A DNA stretch of 64,000 nucleotides from Auanema rhodensis (taxonomy: Eukaryota > Animalia > Nematoda), in assembly GCA_964057225.1 (NCBI GenBank), contig OZ059900.1:10106001-10170000 (forward strand), written 5' to 3'. How positions within the stretch are numbered: the first letter of the stretch is position 1; every line of letters starts with the position of its first letter. Positions 10,465 to 23,200 of this stretch are shown here, piece after piece. Position numbers and translations under genes: made by a program. The notes beneath the pieces are model-generated. The model worked only from the letters and a program-made list of their open reading frames with translations. It was not told the origin of the DNA and did not search any database.

Positions 10465-10837
10465 ATGAGACGCGACATCAATGATCCACATGTTAACTGC
10501 GATGGTGTTCCGAGACGTACGTGCCGAGGTGTTCTTCGAATAACTTTAGGCGTTGCCGCATTACTGCTGACCATACTGTTGGTTGACTCATTGGTATGTT
10601 CCGAAACTGTCTTAAAACAGACAAAATGCAACTCATGTATAGGTGAGAGGATTGACATTCGAACATGTTGTGTACACCTTCATCATCTATGGCTACATGT
10701 TCATCCTTCTTCTCTGGGGCTTTGGCGAGATATTCGCATTTACTCTCTACGTCAACGTGGAACCAATAAATCCACGAGAAAGCTTTGAGATGTATCGTGC
10801 GTATAACGGAATCATGGTTCACGAACCGACTCGTTGA
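10465..10837 (+). CDS. Small 2-TM family paralogue H (2 exons; intron 2 absent)
   Basis: TTTTAG|AGA-ATG. Exon 1 to 10593 (GTATGT donor), exon 2 10643-10837: MRRDINDPHVNCDGVPRRTCRGVLRITLGVAALLLTILLVDSL-VRGLTFEHVVYTFIIYGYMFILLLWGFGEIFAFTLYVNVEPINPRESFEMYRAYNGIMVHEPTR. AATAAA at 10858. Confidence 0.8.
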
Positions 10838-12309
10838 TTATGTTCATTAGTATGTGTAATAAACATGAATACCTGTTACTTATTTGTCACATAGTTAAGC
10901 AGTAAACAAACGCACAAACAACCAATTAGAATAAAAAACACTAAACTTTTTTTGCCCTTTGTGTTTTTGACCACATTGAAAAACAATATTTGAGCATTGA
11001 CCAACAAATTTTTAAATTGAGAAAATGAGTAAACAAGCAGATAGTAATCATATTGGCATATCTGCATTTGAAATAAAATATTTGGAAGGGATTTATACAA
11101 TTTCATCAAATACTTCATGTTCATCGAATGCGAAGAAATAAAAGTAATGAGGTAGTTTAAGAAGAAACATTACAAGAATTCTTTGAGAGCAACTTTAAGG
11201 CCTTTACGACGTGACGTACATATGTATATCCATCAATCTATTATGTATATGCTGTTATGCCATAAGGAAATACTTGCAATAATTTAGTTTTTTTTTCATT
11301 TTGTTGGTTCAGCTGATCCAAAAAATAACCTCACGAACTAATATTGTTCCTACATAAACTTGTTGAAAATTAGATGTCGTCATTGAAAAAACGATTAAAA
11401 CGAGTAAAACGGAAGAATTATCAAAAAAACGAATGAAAATCGAAGTTTCTAAATAAAGAACGTAAAACTACTACTTCCTAGACGGATATACTTACGGTTT
11501 GAAATTAATAGAGAATTTCCTAAATTTTCGTATTCCGGAATTAATTTTTTTTACGTTTTTCACCTTCTTTCTATTCTCTCTTTTTTATGTTCGGTTATCT
11601 TTTTTTGTTTAGAATTCAATTTTGAAGGAAATTATAATAAAAATATCGGGTAACTATTGAGATTAAGAGATGGAAGAAAAATGAGTGAGAGACTATAGAT
11701 CTGGAAAAGCGTTTGCGTAACTTTTCGGAATCTACGGTATATTTTAATATTTTTCACATATTCATTTAAAGAGATGTGCTAATTATATAACATATCTATA
11801 GAGTAGTCACATATCTGTTTCATAAATTAGCAGAACTCTTCTACATAACCACATAACCACATATCTACACTTATTATTTGAGAGATCTCAGATATTTTCT
11901 CAGAGTTTACTTTATGGTATTTGCTTCTCACTTTTCTTTCTACTATTTCAGAATCATGTTAATCAACACTCAAATATACACAGAGTTTTACAGAGTCAGA
12001 GACAAAGATGCAGAGAATTTCAATTCAACAGGTAAAACTCTTTCGGGAAATATTTTAAAATGAGAAAGCATGGAACTAGAAGAGAATCAGAACAGGTAGC
12101 CTTGTAAAAAAATCTCATAATGAATGGGCGGAGCTCAAAAGGTAGAATATTAGGAAAATAATGAGTTTTAGAGATAAAAGGAAGTCAAAATCACATAGGA
12201 CCTGAGCATAAAAGGCTCAAAACTGGTAGATATCTCATATTTGAATTTTTCTCTCTTTTTTTGAATGTTCGTTGCTTTGCTTAGTAAAATATTACTTACA
12301 ATTTTTTAG

Positions 12310-12504
12310 ATGTGCTGCTGCGAAAGCTTCAAGTCTTTGTGCCGAGCTATTGCTCACAAGTTATGCTTCAGAATGTCTGAAGAAGAAGAAGAACCCGAAA
12401 TCGTCTTCACCAAAGACACAAAAATTGTCTTCAGAGGCTTCCGTCCTATGTATCCTACTCCGGAAGCTGTCGAAGTTCAGGAAATTCAAGAACTTGCCGA
12501 ATAA
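12310..12504 (+). CDS. Small acidic protein with N-terminal Cys cluster (MCCC), unknown function
   Basis: TTTTTTAG directly before ATG; coding-like composition; upstream GGGCGGAGC near 12126 and CATAAAA near 12207. Confidence 0.55.
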   Translation: MCCCESFKSLCRAIAHKLCFRMSEEEEEPEIVFTKDTKIVFRGFRPMYPTPEAVEVQEIQELAE

Positions 12505-15500
12505 CCACAAGTAGGCTATAAAATGAGAGAAAGATGGCATCGAACACTTATAGATTTTCTACTTCAATTCGAAACCTCCAAAAACCTTTCAACCACCTTC
12601 ATGAACAATCAACCCATCCTGCCAATCAAGAATAACTTCATACACAACCAACCGCCTCACCAAATGGAAAAAAGAAAACTCTTGCCAATCTTCACATTAA
12701 TGATCCAACTTGTTTTTACTCATCCAACATACTAATAAACTTGGACCTTGTTAAATAGTCTTGCATGTTTACTTATAGAAAATAGCAATTATAACATGAA
12801 AGGGAGGGCTTAACAAGACAGCGAACAAAATTCTACAAGATATCGCAGCAAATTCCCGCAGCTGTTCAGTTAAACGCAGACGAGCAGACAGCATACATAG
12901 ACACGCAGACATCGAGACATTGAAAAAAATCTACGGTAGTCAGCGTGCAGCTATTCGCTCATATCAAAAGATCACACATCATCACCTCGTTCTTCACCGA
13001 AGCAGTTAGAAATATTTGCATTTTTTAATAAATAAGTTTCAAATATTATTCAAAAATTAAATAAAACAGAAACATATTAAAATTTCAAGGAATATGCCAG
13101 AAAACATTGAAATTAAAAAAAAATCACAATTACTTATTCATTTCTTAAATTTGAAAAAATATAGCTTATAGCTCATATATTTTGTGAAACAACTCTTTTT
13201 CTCTCATCAAAATCGAATATATTAGCTTAATTAATTTCTAAAATAAACCTTTTATGTCAATTTTTTTCAAAAAACTGATTTATATCTGTGTCCTCGTTTT
13301 GATACACATGTCGCTCATATGCATATCAATATCTTTAAATTAGAATAGACACCTATTCTTTCAATTTCCTTCTTAGTGTGATGGGTAATATCCGTCTTCA
13401 ACAAGCTTAGCTCTCTTTTAATTTTCAGACTAACTGCTAAACGATATACAACACATAAGTGAGAAACGATATCTCTCGGATTTGCTTCAACTCTATTCAT
13501 ACGTTTCTCTATCATGCTCTTATTTCTCTCTTCAAATACATTATCTATCAATCCGTGCATACAACCTCATCACTGATCACATATCGTTCATGATGAGGGC
13601 TCGACCAAAGGTTTGAAATCAGCATACATCACACGTTTTGTCTCTTTTAATTTTTTAATTTTCAATAGAAATTTATAATTTTGTTTCACATGAAAAACGG
13701 GGGATATGAACAAACGTATATAAATATATATATACATATATATATTTCCAGTATTTTAATACTTTTTAGGATGTTCTCAATTACTTCATACCGTACATAT
13801 TCTATATAGGAAGTAATATTTTCACTTTTTCCTCATCGAAACTTCCTTTTTCATCCTTTTTTTCCAAAATAAATCTTCCGTGCAAGATTTTTGAAATACG
13901 TTTTATTAGAGTTGAAAATATTCGTTACTAGCTTCTCTTTGAAAAAAAAATTGAAAATAATTTAATTTGAAAAAAAATGTTATTTTCTCACTCATACCTG
14001 AGCAAAATAACTGCGTGATATCTTATAAAATTTAGTAAAAATCGTATAGTGGCAAAGTGCATTTAAGAAAAAAAATTGAGTTAGCATATGCCTCATTAAT
14101 TTGACCAATGCTGACTTTTTTTTATCAAAGCTTGCTTTCAGTCTCTAATTAGCCTCATACGTTGACATAAACATCTCCTGTTGCTTATTGTTTTGCCAGC
14201 AAAAACAGAAAACTGGAGTGTTGTGTTTTGGAATACAAATAGATTTAATTGTAAACATAAACATAAGTGCAATTTTTGACTCAAATAAATATGGAAATGT
14301 TAATAAAAATAAAAATTTTAGGAGAGCTACTGCCTCTTGTTACTAAAATATAAAAGAAAAATTCAGGTAAGTTTGTATGTATCAAGATATGAAGATGTAT
14401 AGATATTTTCTCTCATAAAACCTGCATTTATCATATAAAGCCTCTTACACATTGATGTTTTTTGATTATTTTCACATAATATTAGTAAATTCACATAGTT
14501 TAAGAATATATAAAATACAATTTACTTTAATTATTATTTGAAAACCCTATTATCTCAATCAACGTTTTAATGCTAAACATCTTCATATCCAACCATATTT
14601 TTACTTTTTTAGTCAAAAGAAATTATAGAAACTAACCTATCTCTAATCCTTGCAATGTTTTGAAGCCGTGGATTCTTCTTATTTAGTTGTTGTGAATTAC
14701 TGTCAGTTACTAATCCCAAACTCTTCAATTTCTTAAATTTATTCTTTGATATATGGGAAATACAATCATATGTATTGAACAAAGAGAGAATCAATGTAGT
14801 TCAGGTTAAGGAGAAAAACAAGGAAACTTAAAGTCAATTATGACTTGGTATAATGAGCGTCGTACTATTTACATGCAATATAAATCATGAGAAATGCGCA
14901 TTAAGGAAGACAAAAATTGCTAAATTTGAATATAAATATGCTACTCAACTATTTTACCATAATAGTTTTTATATTCAAAAAAAATGTCATAAGTAACTTT
15001 ATATAAGGAAATAATGGACAGTAAAGAATGAAAAATGGGAAACAAATCAAGAAACAATTATTTTCTTGCTATTTTATGAATTTATTCCAATACTAAATCT
15101 TATGAAAAATAGTTTTTTGAGATTTAACATGAAAAACAATGAGAAGTACTATAATTTATCTAAAACCTGCATCGTTTACAAGTTAAGAAGTGTGTTAACT
15201 ATAAACACTCTTCAATCTAATACTCATATCATTAGAAAGTTTTAATATTCAAAGTTAAATAATACTTAAAACTTAATTTATTTTTTGCTATTTTTCAAAG
15301 TTGTAAGAAAACAATGTAACAAACCTTTCAATTAGTTCCAGATTATAACGAATTAAACTGTATATGAATGACATTGGATTGTATTAACCATATTGAACTG
15401 TAATTCCACCTAAAAGATTTAATATAAAAGCATAATATAGTTCTAGGTATACAAGCGATTGTTAGCAAGATGTATGAAATAATAATAATAATATTATATG

Positions 15501-17189
15501 GAAATATTCATAATCTCAATGTGACATCCTCATTAGAATAATAAAAGCGTGGGTCATAAGACAGTTAAGTACTTAAGTATGTTTATTAGTGAATTTTAAT
15601 ATAAGTATATACGTTCCTATGCATTTAAGATTGACCAATTAAACGTTTAAATGACATTCTATTGAAATGTAACTAGAATCTCTTCCAATTTACAAGAAAA
15701 AATCAATAAAACAATAAATTATTACATTATTTTTTGTTAAAATAATCATAATTTTCAACAATAAATATTAGATACTGCATGCAGTTTCAGTAAACTACTA
15801 TGACTAAGCGTATCGATAAAAGTGGTTTTAAACACATGAGGTCTAATCTATTACCTTTGGGCGCCAAAACGTATTATATATAAAGGTGATACGGATCAAA
15901 TTATTTCGAATATCCGGAAGTTTTAGTGTGGCTGTGCTGGGTTGCAGAAGCATTATGCTCTTCATCTAATTTGAATTATTCATTATATTGGTAACTATAC
16001 TTATATAACTATATCTTTCTATATAGTTATATAAGATATCATAACAATTTTTGCTGTCACTATGTGGTTTTCATAAGTTATATCAGATTATGATGAAACT
16101 GTTTATATTTACAAAAAGAGAATATATCGAAAATTTTGTAATATATAGTAAAGAATTTATTAACTATACATAGTTTATTACCTAATACATATAGTAACTA
16201 GTACAGAATACAATGTGAATAGAGATTCATAAAGTTTACTTTAACAGCTTTTTCCAGTTCTAAGCATTTCAGACTTTGAATTTCATTTAATATTCAATGT
16301 TTTATCTATTTGAATGATTTAAATCAAATATTCTAAATGAAGTTTTCATTAGCAAAGATGATCATAAAGTTTTCGTTAACAATAGTTTTTTCTTTTTATT
16401 TCTTCTTTGTTTTATAATTCTTTTCGTATTTTTTGTTTTTTTTTTACAAATTTCAAAGGAAATATTTAAAACTTCTTAAAGTTATTATATTTTTGGAACT
16501 AATGCTTGTATTTGCCTATATAAGTCGAGTTTTGTGTAAGATTTGAAGGAATTCCAATCTTCTCAATAGAAAATTGTTATTTTTTTTGAGTTTGTGAACG
16601 TTTTTTGTTTGAGAATTTTCTTTTTTTTTACCCATTTCTTGAATAATGCTTGAAACAATTATTTGAATATTATTTTGTGATTTTTAAGTTTTAATTTGTA
16701 TAGTTAGGTCTTATACTTCATAAGGCTCTAATCAATATTGTTCTCATTAGTTATGGCTTTAAACTATTGAATTGTGAACACTTCTTACATCATTATCTAG
16801 AAGAATTTAGAAGCAAATATCTCACATGACATTATTTAATTGGAAATTTTAGTTTGAAGAACAAGATGAAGTACGAGATTTAATAGGCGAATATTCAACA
16901 TAACTAATGAAGCACGATGCTGTAAACGGAAAAATAGGTATTAGGTTAATCAAACCAGAAGAGAATTTATGTGACTTTTATAATGAATTTGTTGAACTAA
17001 TTTGAAGACAAATATTTTATATTTTAGAATAATAATAAAGGTAATTATAAGAAAACAAATAAATATTTAATATAATATTAGAAAACATAACATATTAGAA
17101 TTAAAAAATAATAATTTAGTTAGTAAATTTATAAAAAAGTTGGATATTAAGCTTGAACCGCATTACTATCAGAAATAGCATTTTTTCGT

Positions 17190-17519
17190 TTAGTATGTAA
17201 ATAATATTGATAAGCTCCCCATACACCAATAACCATGAACAGAGTCAAAACGCTGATTAATACGCAAAATATTAACCATTTTTCCTGTGATGCACTTAAC
17301 TAAAATTACAACAAATATAATAATATACAGAATAGAGTAAAGACTTACATCATCTGATGCCAAGGATGATGACGCTAGCACTAATACAACAATAATAGTA
17401 TATACAAGTATTAGTTTAATATATGCTTTCCAATCTTCTGAATCACATGTTGGTAATGTTTCAGTCGTCTGCACAGTATTTGTGCTGTCTGTGAAATGAG
17501 ACATGTTACAATGTTCCAT
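17190..17519 (-). CDS. Putative isolated small 2-TM protein
   Basis: ORF from ATG 17519 (MEHCNMSHFTDSTNTVQTTETLPTCDSEDWKAY...) with two hydrophobic helices around an SSSLASDD loop. TCTTAG acceptor just upstream. More GC-rich than its flanks. Confidence 0.45.
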   Translation of the reverse strand: MEHCNMSHFTDSTNTVQTTETLPTCDSEDWKAYIKLILVYTIIVVLVLASSSLASDDVSLYSILYIIIFVVILVKCITGKMVNILRINQRFDSVHGYWCMGSLSILFTY

Positions 17520-20263
17520 TTCACTCAAGTACCTAAGAATATTTAATAAAAGTTGAAAATGAGTAAGAAAATGAAGCATAAACAAAGAATTTTTTTAACA
17601 GTTACTTTTTTTTTTTTTGAAAATTAAGAAAAAAATCAATAATTTATTCTTATCGTTTTTCTAAATAATAGATTTTGTACAAATATGTCTAGTTTCAAGA
17701 TAGAGAAGCTCATGATTTTGCAAACTTGTCTATCTCTGACGCAGAAAAAAAAACATTTGAAACTATTCTTACAATTTTGGTTATTATTATTCACAAAAAA
17801 TGACGAATGGCCTGATTTTTCCGACAGTCTTTCATGACAAATCATATAAAACATTTCACATATAAAATTATTAAACTAAAAAATGAATAGTTAAAAAAAT
17901 ATAACAAAGATTTATTATATTATGATTCTGAGCAGGTTTGAAAGTTATGAAATTTTTCATGAGATTATTAAAAAATAAGAGATGTTATAGAGTTTTTAAC
18001 ATATAAAATTGCAAAATGAATGAAAAAATAGAAAAAGTCTATAAGTATAGTTGTCAAAAAATATGTAATTTGATTAAAAATTATTGAGAAATATATTAAA
18101 TTATAAGTTTGTTTTGGTAGTTAATGAGCAATTAATTAAAAAAAAATGTATTGTCACATATTTCTAACATACTCTCTAAACAGTGAAGCGTTTTCAATTA
18201 GAAGGCATTACTGAAAAATGTTAAAAAGCGCTGGCATTTTCAAAGTTAAACTGATAAAATTAGAAAAACAAAGCTTAAGCTTCCAAGGATTGAATCTGAT
18301 TGTTTTAAACGAGAATATCAGATGATATATTCAACTGTGAATGTAATTCATTCATGATATATGTATAATAAATATTATTTTGATTTTATTTATATTTCGA
18401 AATGAGCTAATGCCTTCTATTGTATAATGTTTTGATATATTTATATGATTATCAAAACATTCACATAGTTAACGATTAAAGAAGAAATGAGAAAAATGAA
18501 AAGAAATGAAGAGATATGCATAAGAATAATGAAATTCTATATAATTTAAATATATTGGCAAAAACTTACTAATATTAAATTGTCTGAATATGAAGAGATA
18601 TTCGCAAAATGCTAGTCATCCATCTGACTCGGCATCCTCCTATATACAGTCAGCATATACATATATTTGTGTTTCATCCGGCTGCATATGAGCCAACACA
18701 GACATGCTGTAGAAGAATATGCTGTGCAGATGTACATGGATGCAAGTACGTCTGTTTTTCAATATATGCCTGACATTTTTACATTTAAAAAAAAGAAAAA
18801 GAAAAAGAAATGTCTTGTGTCGGCATTGGTTTATTGTTTTTTTTTGTTGGCCGGTATGACTAACACACAAAAAGGCATTTGTGTGTGAAACACATTTAAA
18901 CGAATGTTCGCGCGTGATCAATTCAAGGAACATGACTCTTTCACTTTGTTTACGTGTTTTTGTATTAAAATTCACAAATATGATTACTTTTTTCCTGTTA
19001 ATATCATCAACATAAGTATAAAAATTTTAATTTATTGATGTTTCTCATGATTATCCTGCTTGAAACAATAGAAAACTATGCAATATAGGGCTTACTAGGG
19101 ATTTATTGAAATCCTTGAGATAACGAGGCAAAAAAAAGTAAAAAAAAACAAGAACAAAAGAAATTGATGACACTATGGATGTTAATGAAAAACAACTTAT
19201 ATATTGAAGAAAATGATGATGCAAATATTACAATACATGATAAAGAAAAGAGGAAGAAGTTACCAATGTTAATTTGGTTGCCAATTGACTAGTTATCAGG
19301 AATATAGGAATATATATATATATTTATAGATATAAGTAAATATATCTATATATATATTAACTTATATCATATAATATTCAATAGGAAAATCATAATGTGT
19401 CTAGAAAAAATGAAGGAATAGCATGATTTTGAATGATCCAATAGTTGGAGCATAAGAACAAACGATTGGGGATGACAAGAATATTACTATGCTATGGAAA
19501 AATAAAAAAAAAGATGATTGAATATTATAAATATTAATAGAATAGTTATTAGAAAAAATTAAAATGAGAGAGGGGGTATGCACGGGAATAGGGAAGGGAG
19601 ATGGAATCGGAAGTATTGGAATGAGACGAAATAATATAATTTGATAAAAAAAGAATGTATGTGATTTAAATAGGTAAAATATAATATGATAGAAGCATAT
19701 ATACTATACTATACTATACTATATGGATATAGTATATAGGGTATGGAGCATAATATCATCACGGCTTGCATATAATATATAGATAATCATATACTATATC
19801 AAAATACAATTATGATATAAAACTATTCACACAGTTTGACAAGAAATATGATTTGTTAAAGGCAAGTATGGTAATAAACGGGGAGATATTTTAGGGAAAG
19901 GAACGTCAAAAAAGAATTGGTTAGGAATGTGGATAGAAACAATTGTCGTAATATCCGGAATGGTTATCATAATAGAAAAAGAAAGTGAGAGAGAGAGAGA
20001 GAGAAAGAGAGAGATAATGGTAGAGATATAGAGATGAGTCAAAATGCGGGAATCAAACATAATTAAGTAATACTTACAATGAACACAGATGAAATCATTC
20101 GAGAATTATAAAACATTCAAAATTCAATGTATATATATATGTAAAATGTACTCGGTTTCTTGATAATATTTCCTTTATAATTATATATTTATATTCATAT
20201 AATTGTACTGTTTTCTGCTGCAATCGCTTGCTCTGTTATGTTTTCTATTTCAAAAACAAGCAT

Positions 20264-23200
20264 TTATGATCTCCAATAGTGACTGGCATCATGTTGATCA
20301 GCAACAGCTGATGCTGTAGCTGCGGACAAATCATGCATAGATGGTGCCTGAGGTACAGCAACTGATACGGGATCCAAGCTGTTGAGAACAGCAGACACTG
20401 GGATAGTCATTCCAGGAGGAATACCTGAAAAAATAACATTTAAACAGTTGAACATTTTGAATTTCGCATGTATTCATGAGATTTCAGTATAGATTAATGT
20501 CATGTACTCAATAAGTTTTGTTTTCGATATGTTAGCCAAGGTGTTTAATAAATGAAAACCAGAGCCAAGATACAGTTCACATTTTTCATTCACACCCCAC
20601 AAAAATGTGACAAACTTTATAATATCGTCAAAGGAATACTGAGAAAATCCTTTTTTTTTTGAATATACCCACACGCTAAATTTTGATTTAAATTCAGATT
20701 GAAAGATTGTGACGAAAAAAGTCTAGGTGAATGGGATTTGAGTCTAATCTGTACTGACAAGTGGCACATGTATTAAATAGTTGGAGTCACATCTGGCCTG
20801 GGATGCTTGATTTCTCTCTGTGTATGTGCAGAGAACAAGACACAAAGAGAGAGAGAGAGAGGGTGGAAAAGGTATATGGAAGGGCTTCTGTCACAGTAAC
20901 TAAGACTAGAAAAAGAAAAGGGAAGTGGTTAGCGAATTGATTGCCATCTTTATGTCTTTTCAACAAAGAAATCATTTGAAAATTGAGCTAAAAAAAATTT
21001 AAGTGGAATATGAGGAAATATTCTGGCACTTATATCTCTATCTAATTTCTAATTAACGCTCAGCAGATTATTCAACCGACCTCGTGTTACTGTTGAATTG
21101 CACTTATCTAGACGCAATTCGAATGTAAAATATACTTTATCGTAGATCACAATAAAGTATAGACAGTAACTATAAATGACAGTCGTAAAGCGTGAGGACA
21201 ACAGTAGGCGGTTATTCATTGCTTGATGTCCTCTCACCTACATTGGGATAATAGCATCATTAAGTCGTTAATCATTGCATGTACTACATGTGCTATCGCT
21301 CAGACAGATCAGCATATTTGAACGTGAGTGGTAATAATGCTGTTAAAATGACGATGTTTAAGTCCTCTCTTTGTGTAGCATCAGACTGTCCTCTTTGGTC
21401 CCCAATTACTTCCCCCTTCGTCTTCAATCTACCTACGCAACGCTTCATGTTGTGTTCCTGTTCAGACTGTTGTCTGTATTTCTCGCCATATGTTGTACAC
21501 TCTAATAATCTTTCTCTCACTCTGTATCTCTCTAATACTCATCGTACTCACTCTTCTTTCGTGTTACTCTATATGACCACATCATCTCTCTCTCATTCAC
21601 ATGCAACACTATCATTTCTCTGCATCTCTCATCTTCACGTGCACTTATTAAACGTATGCAATATCTCTCATCTCTTTGAACATTCTATGTTCATATTCTT
21701 AGTTCTCACCCCACACTGCTGATGACAATCTTACAGCGACATCGACGGGAAGTGAAAGGGGTCAACACGGATTACTGTAGTTTCTGCTAAAAATGCAACC
21801 AATAGCTAGTCACTAACGCTGACTAGATGGAACGCTCTGATCATGTTTAGGCATCAATTTTATATTATATCCGATTGCTTCTAGTTTTCTCTCTTTACTT
21901 GTTGTTTGAGTTTAAGCTACAAAATCTGTACTCACCACTGACGTTGGTTGGGGTGGATGCGCTCATGGGTGGCTGGAATGAGTGTGTAGTTTGGAGAGAT
22001 CGACCATAAGGCTGAAATTATAAAAAATTAGTAAAAAACAACATTATTTTTGTAATTTTGAAAAGAATCGTCACTTGTCCACTTACGTTGAATGCATCAT
22101 AAGGTGATCGGGCATTGAACATGTGATGCGAGTTGAAGTCGGTGGTTTGATATCCCATACCGAGGCCAGGATTTGGAAAACCGAAACTGAAAAAACAAAA
22201 CGTAAAAAGCCGTATAAGATATTCAATATATATATATGTTCAATCAAGTATGACATGTTTAATTAGTGTCACAAACTATGTTTGGAAGACAATCGGCCTG
22301 AGACACGGTGACAAGTCATGGCGTCAACCAGAGTGTTTTTCAGATAGATCATGCTGACGACGACAAACGACATCGATGTCGCTTGAGGCTGTCATATCGA
22401 GACTGTGAACAATCTCCATCAAACGGATTGTCACCGAAGACAAAGAGCGAACGTATGCAATTCATCATCAAGTCACATAAATTAGATAAAGTGTTTCCAA
22501 TGTGAAAGTCATAAATTAGCGGGCGGAAAGAAAAAAAAACGATTTGTTTTTACGATTAATTAATGATGACCGGAAGTGTTTCAAAAACTTATGAATTTGT
22601 CGCAAGCTTTTATAAACAAATTATTGCATAATTAATTAGTTAGAATAATAAAGAAACGTACTATGGATCCATGGTTGGTTGAGGTGGAAGACCGCCGTAC
22701 ATCTGTGCTGTTGCAGCACCTGACGGTGGCACAAAGCTTGTGCTGACGGGCGCTGAATTTGTTGGGAATCGACTTTGCGATGGAGTCGGCGAACTGCTTG
22801 TCGTTGTGCTGGATGGATTGCTACCCGTTGTGCTCATTGAAGTATCCATAGTGTTTGACCGCTTATTTCGCAGCTTTTCTTCCCGTCGCCATTTTGCTCG
22901 ACGATTTGAGAACCAGACCTAAAAATGTAATGAGTACAGAGTTATTATTGAAAATTCTTTGATAATATAATAGTTTTTCACATATTTTCTTTTTTTATTT
23001 TATAATTGTACCACAGATTCCAGAACCAACTTCAATAGCATTGATTTACATATGTGTGGATCTATAGACCCAGATGAGAATTATGCTGATGCTAAGATCT
23101 GATAGAATACAAGAAGCAAGTTTGATGGCTGACCGGATATGCTCATTATCTTATTCTCTCCCGCCAATCCATGTCAACCTTCACCCTCGCAATCGTTCTC

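Noticed and set aside
13563-13600. CCTCATCA...TGATGAGG hairpin as a C/D snoRNA or miRNA
   Set aside because: Only an 8-bp stem, and no suitably placed D box or long duplex.
21806-21842. TGACTAGA (mir-44/mir-279 family seed) in a small palindrome
   Set aside because: The stem is only 7 bp and the upstream sequence cannot pair with a 22-nt mature arm.
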